Below are positions 39,790 to 50,800 of a DNA stretch of 64,000 nucleotides, piece by piece; within the stretch, counting starts at the first letter, position 1; every line of letters starts with the position of its first letter. The DNA is from Bacteroidales bacterium (GTDB lineage: Bacteria > Bacteroidota > Bacteroidia > Bacteroidales > BM520). The notes beneath the pieces are model-generated. The model ran no database searches and was not told where the DNA came from. It was given only the letters and a program-made list of their open reading frames with translations. A program made the position numbers and the translations under genes. The stretch lies in NCBI GenBank assembly GCA_016285515.1, contig JAEEQW010000011.1, positions 1,165 to 65,164 on the forward strand, read 5' to 3'.

Positions 39790-40551
39790 ATGAACTGTAT
39801 TATAATCGATGACGAGCCTCTGGCATTGAAACTCATTGAGAGTTATGTGAAAAAGACTGAATTCCTTACTTTGGTTGGAAAATTCAACAGTGCAATTCAG
39901 GCTATGAAAAAGATGAAAATCGATGATGTTGACCTGATATTTCTTGATATCCAGATGCCGGAATTGAATGGGATTGACTTCGCAAAAAACATAAACCCAA
40001 AGTGTGAAATCATCTTTATTACAGCTTTTCAACAATACGCCATTGACAGTTTCAAAGTAAATGTGGTTGACTACCTTTTGAAGCCGGTCTCTTACAACAA
40101 TTTTCTTAAGGCAGCCAAGAAAGCGTATAATTTGTATGAACTCATGAAACATTCCCAAGATATTCAATATCAGACAAATGAAGTTGCAACACATGATTTG
40201 GGGCAACAAAGTGAGCAGATTGAAGAAAACACAAATGATTCATTTTTTATCAAGAGCGGGCACAAGGTCATTCATTTATATTACAATGATATAAATTACA
40301 TTGAAAGCATAAAGGATTATGCCAAGATATACACAAAAAATGATGAATATCCTATAGTTACGCTTACAACCATGAAAGCGCTGGAGGAAAAATTACCGCA
40401 CAATATGTTCATGAGGGTTCATCGTTCATATATCATCAGAAAAGATTGCATCAAGCTCATCGAGCACAACAACATTATCCTTGGGGATGTATATGTGCCC
40501 ATTAGTCTGACGCATCGTAATGAAGTCAAAAAATTCCTCGGGATAAAATAG
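39790..40551 (+). CDS. LytTR family response regulator
   Basis: Start ATG at 39790 (MNCIIIDDEPLA); FLDIQMP, DYLLKP, FMRVHRSYI. Confidence 0.93.
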   Translation: MNCIIIDDEPLALKLIESYVKKTEFLTLVGKFNSAIQAMKKMKIDDVDLIFLDIQMPELNGIDFAKNINPKCEIIFITAFQQYAIDSFKVNVVDYLLKPVSYNNFLKAAKKAYNLYELMKHSQDIQYQTNEVATHDLGQQSEQIEENTNDSFFIKSGHKVIHLYYNDINYIESIKDYAKIYTKNDEYPIVTLTTMKALEEKLPHNMFMRVHRSYIIRKDCIKLIEHNNIILGDVYVPISLTHRNEVKKFLGIK

Positions 40552-40600
40552 GAGCCACTGATTTATAATCCCATACAGATGATGTGGAAACAATGTTTTG

Positions 40601-42499
40601 TCACCTCGGAACGACCTCCGTTCTTCTATTGAGTTTTCTACCCTCCTCTGTATCGTTGGGAGCGACGGGCTTGTTTGCACCAAAACCCTTGTATGTCAGG
40701 CGTGATGCTGAGATTCCCATACTGACAAGATAATCATAAACAGATTGGGCTCGCTTTTCTGAAAGTCTTTGGTTATAATTGTCTTCACCTGCATTGTCGG
40801 TGTGTCCGTAAATATCAAAAGACAGTGTTTCGTTGTCCTTCATCATCCTTACTAATCTGTTCAATTCTGGAAATGATTCGGGTTTAAGTTCATAACTGTC
40901 ATATTCAAATTGCACATTATTGATTATCACAGGTTTCCCTATTTCTAAAGGTTGCATTCGTACTACAATAGTGTTGGTATCATTTTCAATCAATGCAGAA
41001 TAAATCATGTAATTCGGAGCAACCACTGTAATACCGTATTTGCTGTAAGTTTTCATGCAGACAATGAATTGTCCGTTCTCATCCGAATTTGATACAATGC
41101 CGTCCTTTGTTTCAGCATTGTATTCCGTCAAATCAATGCGTACATTTGAAACAGGATTGTCAGTTGATGCATCAATGACTATACCTGGCTTGCAGACTGT
41201 CGGCACTGGCTTCACATCTTCAGGTATATCGAAGGACACGATATCATAGTCAGTGCCCAAATCGTTGACAGTCGAAATATACCCTCTTCCACCGGACGGA
41301 CTGACCACGAAATTCATCTGATCATTGAAGTCGTTTATTGGGTAGCCAAGATTGGTTGCAACAGTGTCGTTTTGCATATTAAACATCCAAAGGTCGAGTC
41401 CTCCAAGACCATTCGGACGGTTGGATGAAAAATATAACGTTATACCATCGAAATGAATAAAAGGAGATAGTTCTTTAAACTCGGTATTTATTTGATTTCC
41501 AATGTTTTTAGCTTCTGAAAATGTTCCATCATCGTTAAGTCTGGTGTACCAGATGTCTTCTGCGCCATAGCCTCCAGGGCGATTGCTTGAAAAGAAGAGA
41601 GTGCGCCCGTCAGAGGACATACAAGGTTGTGATTCCCAATACTCCGAATTGACTGATAGCCCAAGGTTTTTAGGAGCGGACCATCTGTGGTCATTCAGAC
41701 GTCGTGAATAATACAAATCACAGCTTCCCATACCATCTTCACGTCCGCAGGCGGTAAAGAATAAGATGCTTCCATCCGGGGACAGAGTCACTGCTCCCTC
41801 ATTGCCTTCCAAAGTCAGCAAATCATTGATTGATTCAATATTATCAAACTGATTATCGTTAATATTCTCGCGTTTAGCCGACATAATGTCCTCATTGACG
41901 AATCCTCTGACCGAATGACGGCGTGTAAAAAAAAGAGTGGTTTCATCGGATGACAGCGCATTGATGAATTCGTCATTGTCTGTGTTGATTAACGAATCGG
42001 AATAGTAGTTTGTGATTTCGTATTTGTTATCAACATAATTCTTTGCAATCATGCATGCCTTAAGTAATGAGTCTGCATATTGATATTTGGACTTGCTTTT
42101 CACATGGTTAAGATAATTGCTGAATGCGTCAGCGGCGGAGTTATATTCCCCGCAACGCATAAACTGGCGTCCTGCATTGAGATACAGCGAAATACGTGTT
42201 GTATCAATTGCGGCGGTATTAATATTCGTCACAGCGGCTTCTTTAAATTGCTTCAGTGAAGTCAGGATGTCAGCTTTAAGCAGACGTGCGTCAATGTAAC
42301 AGCTGTCTGCGGCAAGACAGTCGTTCACACGCAAGATTGCATTGTCAAGGTCATTGTTATGGAAATCAGTGAGAGCCTCGTTATAAAGCCGTTGTGCTTT
42401 CCTTGAAGGTTTCGACTGGGCGCAGAGCGTTGTATTAGTGAGAGTTGCAATTATGACCGTGATGATCACAATGTTTGTCTTCGCAATCACATTCATCAT
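40601..42499 (-). CDS. TPR + PD40 + OmpA-C protein (PorE-like architecture)
   Basis: TPR helices; PD40 repeats (LSPDGSILFF, LFFSSNRPGGYG); GHTDN..NQRLSEKRA..GRKLNRR. The start is uncertain and overlaps folD. Confidence 0.85.
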   Translation of the reverse strand: MMNVIAKTNIVIITVIIATLTNTTLCAQSKPSRKAQRLYNEALTDFHNNDLDNAILRVNDCLAADSCYIDARLLKADILTSLKQFKEAAVTNINTAAIDTTRISLYLNAGRQFMRCGEYNSAADAFSNYLNHVKSKSKYQYADSLLKACMIAKNYVDNKYEITNYYSDSLINTDNDEFINALSSDETTLFFTRRHSVRGFVNEDIMSAKRENINDNQFDNIESINDLLTLEGNEGAVTLSPDGSILFFTACGREDGMGSCDLYYSRRLNDHRWSAPKNLGLSVNSEYWESQPCMSSDGRTLFFSSNRPGGYGAEDIWYTRLNDDGTFSEAKNIGNQINTEFKELSPFIHFDGITLYFSSNRPNGLGGLDLWMFNMQNDTVATNLGYPINDFNDQMNFVVSPSGGRGYISTVNDLGTDYDIVSFDIPEDVKPVPTVCKPGIVIDASTDNPVSNVRIDLTEYNAETKDGIVSNSDENGQFIVCMKTYSKYGITVVAPNYMIYSALIENDTNTIVVRMQPLEIGKPVIINNVQFEYDSYELKPESFPELNRLVRMMKDNETLSFDIYGHTDNAGEDNYNQRLSEKRAQSVYDYLVSMGISASRLTYKGFGANKPVAPNDTEEGRKLNRRTEVVPR

Positions 42500-43409
42500 T
42501 GTCGCAGTTGTCACAATCACCGGCAAAAAGATGACTATATTTGTTTCTGTATGCTGTCATAGTATTGAGAAGCAGTCCGGTAATTGTCATCGGACCTACT
42601 CCGCCTGGTACTGGTGAAATCCAGCCGGCAATTTTTGAAACCTCATCAAAATCCACGTCACCGACCAGTTTGAAGCCTGATGGTGTGTCGGCTGCCTCCA
42701 CTCTGTTGGTGCCCACATCAATAACCACAGCACCCGGTTTGACCATGTCAGCGGTTATGAAATTAGGTTTGCCTATGGCAACGATAAGAATATCAGCCCT
42801 ACGGCATATCTCAGCCATATTTGCAGTTTTGCTGTGGCAGAGTGTAACAGTGCAGTCTCCAGGATATCCTTTCCTTGAGAGGAGGATGCTGACAGGTGTG
42901 CCCACAATGTTGCTACGTCCCACAACCACACAGTTTTTTCCAGCTGTTTCAATTTTATAGTATTCCAGAAGTTTAAGGATGCCGAATGGTGTTGCAGGAA
43001 GATATGCTGGTTCTCCCGAAACCATCTTGCCAATGTTTACCGGATGAAATCCGTCAACGTCTTTTGAAGGGTCTATAGCGTTAATAATCAAATCCTTGTC
43101 AATATGTGGTGGCAGTGGAAGCTGTACTATAAATCCGTCAACTTCATCATCATGATTGAGGAAATCCACAACAGCAAGAAGTTCTTCAGTAGTAGTGTTT
43201 TCCTTCATCTTGTAAACAGAAGAGCTGATTCCGACCGAATGGCATGTTTTTTCCTTATTGCTCACATAAGTTACACTTGCAGGATCATCACCGACAAGCA
43301 CGGCAACGAGATGAGGTGCGCGAGCACCCGAATCTATTATTTTGGCCAAATCTTTTTTTATCTGTTCCTTTATGGCTATAGAAACGAGTTTACCATCTAT
43401 TAAATTCAT
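42435..43409 (-). CDS. folD: Bifunctional methylenetetrahydrofolate dehydrogenase/cyclohydrolase
   Basis: VQLPLP, KDVDGFHP, GRSNIVG, PVPGGVGPMT. Confidence 0.97.
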   Translation of the reverse strand: MNLIDGKLVSIAIKEQIKKDLAKIIDSGARAPHLVAVLVGDDPASVTYVSNKEKTCHSVGISSSVYKMKENTTTEELLAVVDFLNHDDEVDGFIVQLPLPPHIDKDLIINAIDPSKDVDGFHPVNIGKMVSGEPAYLPATPFGILKLLEYYKIETAGKNCVVVGRSNIVGTPVSILLSRKGYPGDCTVTLCHSKTANMAEICRRADILIVAIGKPNFITADMVKPGAVVIDVGTNRVEAADTPSGFKLVGDVDFDEVSKIAGWISPVPGGVGPMTITGLLLNTMTAYRNKYSHLFAGDCDNCDNDECDCEDKHCDHHGHNCNSH

Positions 43410-43414
43410 AATAA

Positions 43415-44746
43415 TTATTTTCTGTTACGCATTGCTCTCATCATATTTGCTCTGCCCTGATTCGAGCTCATTACATGCATCATTTTCTTTGTATCACCAA
43501 ATTGTTTGAGAAGCTGATTAACTTCCTGTATTGACGTTCCGCTACCTGCTGCAATCCTCTTGCGGCGACTGCCGTCAATGATTACTGGATTCTGACGTTC
43601 ATAAGGTGTCATGGAATTGATGATTGCCTCAATACTTTTAAATGAGTCATTGTCAATATCAATATCCTTGACTGCTTTCCCCATACCTGGAATCATACCG
43701 ACCAAGTCCTTGATGTTACCCATCTTTTTTATTTGCTGTAACTGATTCATGAAATCTTCAAGGTTAAAGGTGTTTTTGGCAATTTTTTTCTGGAGTCTCT
43801 TAGCTTCTTCCGCATCAAACTGTTCCTGTGCCTTTTCAACGAGAGAAACAATATCGCCCATGCCAAGAATACGGTCGGCCATACGAGCCGGATAGAAGAT
43901 GTCAAGTGCATCCATCTTTTCACCGATTCCCACGAATTTTATTGGTTTGTCAACCACAGCCTTGATAGTCAGTGCAGCACCGCCTCGGGTATCACCGTCT
44001 AGTTTTGTAAGCACAACCCCATCATAATCTATCTTGTCGTAAAATGCTTTGGCTGTATTCACTGCATCCTGACCGGTCATTGAATCCACAACAAACAGGG
44101 TCTCTGACGGTTTGATATTCTCTTTGATTGCGGAGATTTCATTCATCATGTCCTCATCAACAGCAAGACGTCCTGCCGTATCAACGATAACGACATTGAA
44201 GTGATTTTCCCTTGCGTACTTAATGGCGTTCTTGGCAATCTCTACAGGTTTGTTGTTGCCTTCTTCCGTATATACTGGAACGTTTATGCCTTCTCCGAGA
44301 ACCTTTAACTGTTCAATTGCTGCCGGTCTGTACACATCGCCTGCAACGAGTAACGGTTTCTTTTGTTTTTTGTTTTTCAGGTAGTTGGCAAGTTTTGCTG
44401 AAAAAGTTGTCTTACCTGAACCTTGAAGACCTGCAATGAGAATTATGGCAGGACTCCCATTGAAATTAATGTCAACCTTGTCACCGCCCATCAGTGATGT
44501 AAGTTCATCATGGACAATCTTGACCATAAGCTGGCTTGGGGAGACGGAGGTTAGTATTTTCTGACCTATCGCTTTCTCTTTAACAGTATCTGTAAATTGC
44601 TTTGCAACCTTATAGCTGACGTCGGCCTCAAGAAGTGCTTTGCGGACATCTTTCAAGGTTTCTGCAACATTTACTTCGGTAATATATCCCTGACCTTTTA
44701 ACAGCTTAAAAGATCTTTCTAATCTATCACTAAGACTTTCAAACAT
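43415..44746 (-). CDS. ffh: Signal recognition particle protein
   Basis: Start MFESLSDRL at 44746; [21 protein letters not shown] domain. Confidence 0.97.
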   Translation of the reverse strand: MFESLSDRLERSFKLLKGQGYITEVNVAETLKDVRKALLEADVSYKVAKQFTDTVKEKAIGQKILTSVSPSQLMVKIVHDELTSLMGGDKVDINFNGSPAIILIAGLQGSGKTTFSAKLANYLKNKKQKKPLLVAGDVYRPAAIEQLKVLGEGINVPVYTEEGNNKPVEIAKNAIKYARENHFNVVIVDTAGRLAVDEDMMNEISAIKENIKPSETLFVVDSMTGQDAVNTAKAFYDKIDYDGVVLTKLDGDTRGGAALTIKAVVDKPIKFVGIGEKMDALDIFYPARMADRILGMGDIVSLVEKAQEQFDAEEAKRLQKKIAKNTFNLEDFMNQLQQIKKMGNIKDLVGMIPGMGKAVKDIDIDNDSFKSIEAIINSMTPYERQNPVIIDGSRRKRIAAGSGTSIQEVNQLLKQFGDTKKMMHVMSSNQGRANMMRAMRNRK

Positions 44747-44799
44747 ATCAATATATTTTAAACTGCAAAAATAATAATAATTATTGATTCTTTGCCAAT

Positions 44800-45594
44800 C
44801 TACACCGCAATTGGAGCTGCAATATGCGGATGGCATTGATAATCTTTCAGTTCGAAATCTTCATATTCAAACCCGAATATGGAATGAACATCAGGATTGA
44901 TGACCATCTTTGGCAGTGGGAATGGGGTTCTTTGCAACTGCAGTTTGCACTGTTCAATATGATTTAGATAAATATGTGCATCTCCGAGAGTATGAACGAA
45001 CTCACCCGGTTCATATCCCGTGACCTGTGCCATCATCATAGTGAGCAATGCGTATGAAGCGATATTGAAAGGAACTCCAAGGAACACGTCACAACTGCGC
45101 TGATATAGCATACATGACAGTTTTCCGTTTGCAACATAAAACTGAAACATCACGTGACACGGCGGCAGGGCCATTTTGTCAATATCGGCCACATTCCACG
45201 CCGAAACTATGTGACGGCGTGAATATGGGTTTTCCTTGAGTGATTTTTCAACATTGGCAATCTGGTCTATAATGTGTCCGTCAGGTGCATGCCATGACCG
45301 CCATTGGTAACCATATATAGGGCCGAGATTGCCGTCCTTATCCGCCCATTCGTCCCAAATGCTAACCTTATGGTCATGAAGGTATTTTATGTTTGTGTCA
45401 CCCTGCAGAAACCAAAGCAGTTCATAAATAATGGATTTCAGATGAAGCTTTTTTGTTGTCAGAACCGGAAAACCATCTTCAAGATTGAAACGCATCTGAT
45501 AGCCGAAAACGCCCTTTGTCCCGACTCCTGTCCTGTCTTCACGGACATTCCCGTTGTCGAGAATATATTGAAGTAAATCGAGATATTGTTTCAT
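44800..45594 (-). CDS. thyA: Thymidylate synthase
   Basis: [29 protein letters not shown]. Confidence 0.98.
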   Translation of the reverse strand: MKQYLDLLQYILDNGNVREDRTGVGTKGVFGYQMRFNLEDGFPVLTTKKLHLKSIIYELLWFLQGDTNIKYLHDHKVSIWDEWADKDGNLGPIYGYQWRSWHAPDGHIIDQIANVEKSLKENPYSRRHIVSAWNVADIDKMALPPCHVMFQFYVANGKLSCMLYQRSCDVFLGVPFNIASYALLTMMMAQVTGYEPGEFVHTLGDAHIYLNHIEQCKLQLQRTPFPLPKMVINPDVHSIFGFEYEDFELKDYQCHPHIAAPIAV

Positions 45595-45597
45595 AGT

Positions 45598-47169
45598 CTA
45601 ACCGAGAATAGTGCCCATGATAGCTGATGAAAGAAGAGCAGTCATTGCTGCTACCAGCAAGGCTTTCATACCATATCTTGACAAGTCGTGACGACGTGTC
45701 GGAGCAAGGCTTCCGATTCCTGCAAGCTGAATGCCCACAGAGCTGAAGTTTGCAAAACCGCACAGAAGATAAACACCCATGATGATTGACTTGGGCTGAA
45801 GGATACCGTTGCTGACCATATCGGTTAAAGTGGCATATCCCACAAATTCATTGATGATAGTCTTTTCTCCAAGAAGCTGACCGAGTTGGAACATGTCCTG
45901 ACCGGGAACTCCGATGAGCCACATTATTGGGGATAAGGCATATCCCAAGATAAATTGTAATGAAAGACCGTTGTAGTTAGTCTTGGCGGCAATAAAATTG
46001 TTCAGGGTTGTCCAGTCACCTATTTTAAAAAGTATGAAGTTTGTCAGAGCAATCAGAGCGACAAAAACAAGAAGCTGAGTAGCAACATTTACAGCGAGTC
46101 TCATGCCTTCAACTGCACCGTTTGTGATGACGTCAAGGACATTGGTGTTTTTCTTGTCGGTCTTGGCAAGCTTGACTTCCTGTAATTTATCGACAGTCTG
46201 CGGAAATACAATTCGTCCTATTACGACCGAGGCAGGTGCGGCCATGACCGAAGCTGCAAGCAAATGACGTGCAAAGAACACGCTTAAGGCAGGGTCGCCA
46301 CCGCCAAGCAATGCAATGTAAGCGGAAAGTGTACCACCTGACATCGTAGCCATACCACCGACCATAACGATAAACAATTCGGCATCGGTCACATTAGGCA
46401 GATAATTCTTCACAATCAATGGAGCCTCAGTCTGCCCGAGGAAAATGTTGCCTGCAAGTGAAAGACTTTCAACACCTGACAGACCCATAATCTTCGAGAA
46501 CAGCCATCCGAGCCATTTCACTATAACCTGTATAATTCCCCAGTAAAACAACAGACTTGATATGGTTGAGAAAAAGATTATTGACGGCAATACCTTGAAG
46601 GCGAACATATACCCTATTTGCTCATTGTTGATAAGTCCGCCGAAAAGGAAAATGACACCGCTTTCAGCCGCCATAGTTATCCTTACGAATATCTTACCGA
46701 AGAATGTGAAGAATCTGGCAACAGCCGGTATATAAATGATACATAGGGCTATCGCAATCTGAAACAGCAGCGAAAAAGCAACGAATTTCCAGTTTATGGC
46801 TTTTCTGTTATTACTGAATAGCCAAGCTATTCCAATTATTACAATAAGTCCGAAAACACCTCTTAAAATATCTCCGAAAGAGATTGACCTGTCAATGCTG
46901 CTATTCAAGGCTTCGAGCAATCCCGAATAGTCCTTTCGTTGTGTTGCGGGATTCTGAGTAACAGCTTGTTGGACAAGTGTGTCAGCATCAGCGATACTTT
47001 CTTCAAAAACGACTGTATCGGCAAGTTGTTCGCTGACTTTGACAACTGTTTCCATTTCATTGACTTGGGCCGTTGAATTGTTTGATGTCCCAGCAAAAAA
47101 ACCTATCAGAACTATTATGGCACTTATTGCCATCAGACAAATTCCTATGTATTTTATTACCTTTTTCAT
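45598..47169 (-). CDS. CNT/NupC family nucleoside transporter with N-terminal extension
   Basis: NIFLGQTEAP, NEFVGY, CGFANFSS. Confidence 0.9.
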   Translation of the reverse strand: MKKVIKYIGICLMAISAIIVLIGFFAGTSNNSTAQVNEMETVVKVSEQLADTVVFEESIADADTLVQQAVTQNPATQRKDYSGLLEALNSSIDRSISFGDILRGVFGLIVIIGIAWLFSNNRKAINWKFVAFSLLFQIAIALCIIYIPAVARFFTFFGKIFVRITMAAESGVIFLFGGLINNEQIGYMFAFKVLPSIIFFSTISSLLFYWGIIQVIVKWLGWLFSKIMGLSGVESLSLAGNIFLGQTEAPLIVKNYLPNVTDAELFIVMVGGMATMSGGTLSAYIALLGGGDPALSVFFARHLLAASVMAAPASVVIGRIVFPQTVDKLQEVKLAKTDKKNTNVLDVITNGAVEGMRLAVNVATQLLVFVALIALTNFILFKIGDWTTLNNFIAAKTNYNGLSLQFILGYALSPIMWLIGVPGQDMFQLGQLLGEKTIINEFVGYATLTDMVSNGILQPKSIIMGVYLLCGFANFSSVGIQLAGIGSLAPTRRHDLSRYGMKALLVAAMTALLSSAIMGTILG

Positions 47170-47189
47170 TTGTTTTTGTTGAAATCTAA

Positions 47190-47786
47190 CTATTTGTTTT
47201 TTCTTTTGTTTCTTTCATCACGATATAACGAGGCAAGTTGGTAGTCTTCGTCTTTCACGGCCTGTTTCAAGGCATCTTCAAGTTCATCTATTGTGAATTT
47301 ATGTACCTGTTTCGCCATCCATCCCAAGTAATCATCATCTTCTTCACTTGACACTGCATTCATTTCTGAATCATCGTATTTGGAAGATACCGACAGCTCT
47401 TCGAAAACATTGTCAACACAGCCTATAGGCGAATTGAACTTCAAGGCCATGACTATTGCGTCAGATGTTCGGATGTTCAGTACTACGGTGTAGTTCTGAT
47501 CCAATCTGTCGATTAATATGTCCGAATAGAATACCCCATGTTCAAATTTCTTGATTGCCACATATTTGACAATAGAATTCGTATCATTGAGAAAAGTCTC
47601 GAAAACATCGTGCATTGATGGAACAGGCTCCTCTATATGCTTCAATGTGCGGTAAATAGGCTTTGCAGCGACATCGCTTACAACTATCAGCAGCTGACGG
47701 TCACCACCAACTTCTTGAAGAACCAGCGCAGATGAATCCTTTCCGGTATCACTGCTTATCAATCCTTTTACTTTAACTTCGACCAT
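47190..47786 (-). CDS. Bifunctional nuclease (DUF151) + UVR domain protein
   Basis: ALVLQE, HD, GVFYS, RTSDAI; C-terminal AVKDEDYQLASLYRDE. Confidence 0.78.
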   Translation of the reverse strand: MVEVKVKGLISSDTGKDSSALVLQEVGGDRQLLIVVSDVAAKPIYRTLKHIEEPVPSMHDVFETFLNDTNSIVKYVAIKKFEHGVFYSDILIDRLDQNYTVVLNIRTSDAIVMALKFNSPIGCVDNVFEELSVSSKYDDSEMNAVSSEEDDDYLGWMAKQVHKFTIDELEDALKQAVKDEDYQLASLYRDERNKRKNK

Positions 47787-47806
47787 TAATATCTGTCTTC
47801 AATTGT

Positions 47807-50800
47807 TTATTGTTTTATAATTTTCTTTGTGACGATATTGTTGTCAATCATGATTCTTACAACGTAAATGCCTTTAGGCAAATCACTGATGCTTACTTTT
47901 TCGCCATTGGTGAGCGATGAATTATGGACCATGGTTCCTGTAACGTTGAAAATCTTCATATCCGCTCTTTCACCATTGAATTTAACAATGAGGTGATTTT
48001 CTGCAGGAACAGGATAAATTGTAACCGCATCATTTTCATAATCATCAACACCTTCACAATTCTTGATTGTAACACCAATAGTTTTAGAAGCAATGTATCC
48101 TACTTCATCGATAGCTGTGAGTGAAATATCGTAATTGTCTTCCGGATCGAATGGTGATGTTGTAATTGTAAGATATCTTGTCGTATCACCTGTTGACCAC
48201 AAATAAGATGCGAATTCGCCTGCATCAAGAACTATTGACTCTCCGACACAAATAGTGGTGTCAGCTGGAAGGTCAATTGACTTAGGACCTACAATATTTA
48301 CGCCGAAATATTTCAGTATTTTTTTAGCGTAATCAAGTCTGTCACCATTACTGTTTTCAACAAGTCCGCCATATTCGAATGATGCGCCTATAGTTTTGTA
48401 AGTGTCTGTAGTGTTCCCGACAGCGCCGCCGAATTCAACAGGAGAATTGACCATAAGTTGTGTGGCATTATTAATAGGTGTAACACAATCGATTTTCCTG
48501 TTGTCACCATTATATTCAATATAAATACCTTCGAAGTCCGTTCCTTCAACACCAACTATATCCGTATAGCCATTAACCCAACTTTCTTCGGAAGGATTAC
48601 CTTCTATACCAAAATACTCTTTCAAGCCATAATCTCTGTCAGCATACCATACTGAACCGCCTTCAAGATATAGGTTTCCGCCGTTCTGAAGGTAGTTGAT
48701 GAGAGCCTGCTGTTCGGATTCCTTGAGAGCTGTATTATTGTTGTACACACCGGCACAGAGGAAAACAATGTTATATGAGTTAAGTGTTCGTTGAGAAGGA
48801 AGCGTCGTCTTATAATCGACATTGGCACCGATGAAGCTGAACAGGTCGGACCTCAAAACAGGCATTGAGTTTTTCAGCTTATCAAGGTCAACCAGTAAGA
48901 TTTTTGAATCACCAATCATATAACATATTTCCTTTTGGTAGCTAATATTCATTTCATCACTCAGATGAGGCAGGAAATGAATGATAAAGCCGTCAATGCA
49001 ATCACCTACAGTAAAATCAAAACTGCATGTAACGCTTTCGCCTGATGCAATTTCATCAAAATGGATGACAGCATCTGAATAATTTATGACAGCATCAACA
49101 TAATCCAAGTGAATATCGACGTTTCGCATTGGGTATTTGCCTGAATTGGAATATGTTAATGTAATGGTTCCTGTTTCACCTTGTTCGATTACACCGTCTT
49201 TATCTCCCGTTTTTTCAACTATGGAATAACTATCCAATGAAATGACAGGTGCCTCGATTGTCATAAATGTTTCGAAAGAAATATTATTGCTTAAATGGAA
49301 TTTGATAACAACGTCTTTGCTTATTGCGGTGTTTGGATTTATATATGCATAAAGCCCTTCAACATTACCTGATTCACCGGCAGCCAGTTCCTGAAGTCCG
49401 AAGGATTGTACGCCGAGTTCCACAAAATCATCATCACATGTTATGGTAACCTGTTCGCCAGGGAATGGTGCCTCACTCAGGTTGGTAGCCCTTATTATAA
49501 AATCAACCCTATCACCGTAATTTATGATTCCATCACTGTTGCCTTGTGAATCGGAATAGTTAATCGTAAAATCGATTACAGGAGTAAAGTTAAGCACTCC
49601 GACTGAAGTGATGAACGGAATCATGTTGTCAGCCATTATATTGACCTGCATTGTGTCACCTGAAACGAGGTTTAATGATTGGAAATCAATGGTGAAATTA
49701 CCGTTTTGAGTGTTGCCTTTATATATGATGGCATTGTCTTTTGTTATGACAATTTCCGCTTTGTCAATATTGCAACCGATGTTCCAATCCTTCAGGGTGT
49801 TAGGAACAGCAGAAACAATAGTTGCCAATATTGGATAAGGTTTTTCAATCCAGACTTTCATCGATGGATCGCCGAACAGTGTAACCTCATAATTTACAAA
49901 TCTGAAATTGTCTCCATCATAACCCATAACCCAACTTGTATATTTTTCCTTTGAATATCTGTTGGCATCACCAATTTTTGTGTATCCGCGGTGGTATAAG
50001 CCGTCAAAGAAAAGTCTGTCATAATATTGTGATGAAACGTTTGTGTTTCCTGGCATGTACCATCCGTAGCGAGAATTGCCGATCTGGGCGACATGGCCGG
50101 TTTCGAGAGTTGTGAAAACCTCTGCAAAACAATCCGACTTGCCATACGCCGAATAACCTTCGCCTCTGTTGTCGAATGAGCCGTTGTAGCAGCCCTGCGA
50201 ATATTGGATGGTAAGTGTATGATTAACGCCATTATTTTTGAAATGACTGGTTGTCAACGCTGAAGCATTAAGTTTCATATTGTATTCCACATTGGAGTGC
50301 CCAAGGTGATTCACAACATGAACACCATCTTTGCTGTACACATCATAAAGGTCGCTTCCCACCCAAGTTGTATCTCTCTCATATAATCTTCTCACGCTTA
50401 CGTTGGAAGGAATACCGCCGGTTGTAAAGCCATGGTTGCTTGTACCATACGCAATTTCATCCTTGTAGGTTCCGCCCCATGTGACGATTTCGGAGTTGAG
50501 GTTTTCACCAACCATCAGATCCCTTTCAACTTCGTTGGCAACAGGTGATGACTGATAAAGCATCAGTTTGTTTGTATGTCTCGTCACCTCAGCAGGGCTG
50601 TCAGCACAGATTCTGCCCACTGACACTTCAGCATAGAAATCCGCTTCAAATGAATCTTCACCAAATAAATTGTCTCCGTCTGTATTCCATGTGCCGTCAA
50701 GGTTTGAATAGTAAAGGTCGGATGGGATTGAAGGATCACCACCTGCATAAAAACCACGACACGGAATGATGTTCTGCTCAGGTGTGGCCACATCTGCATC

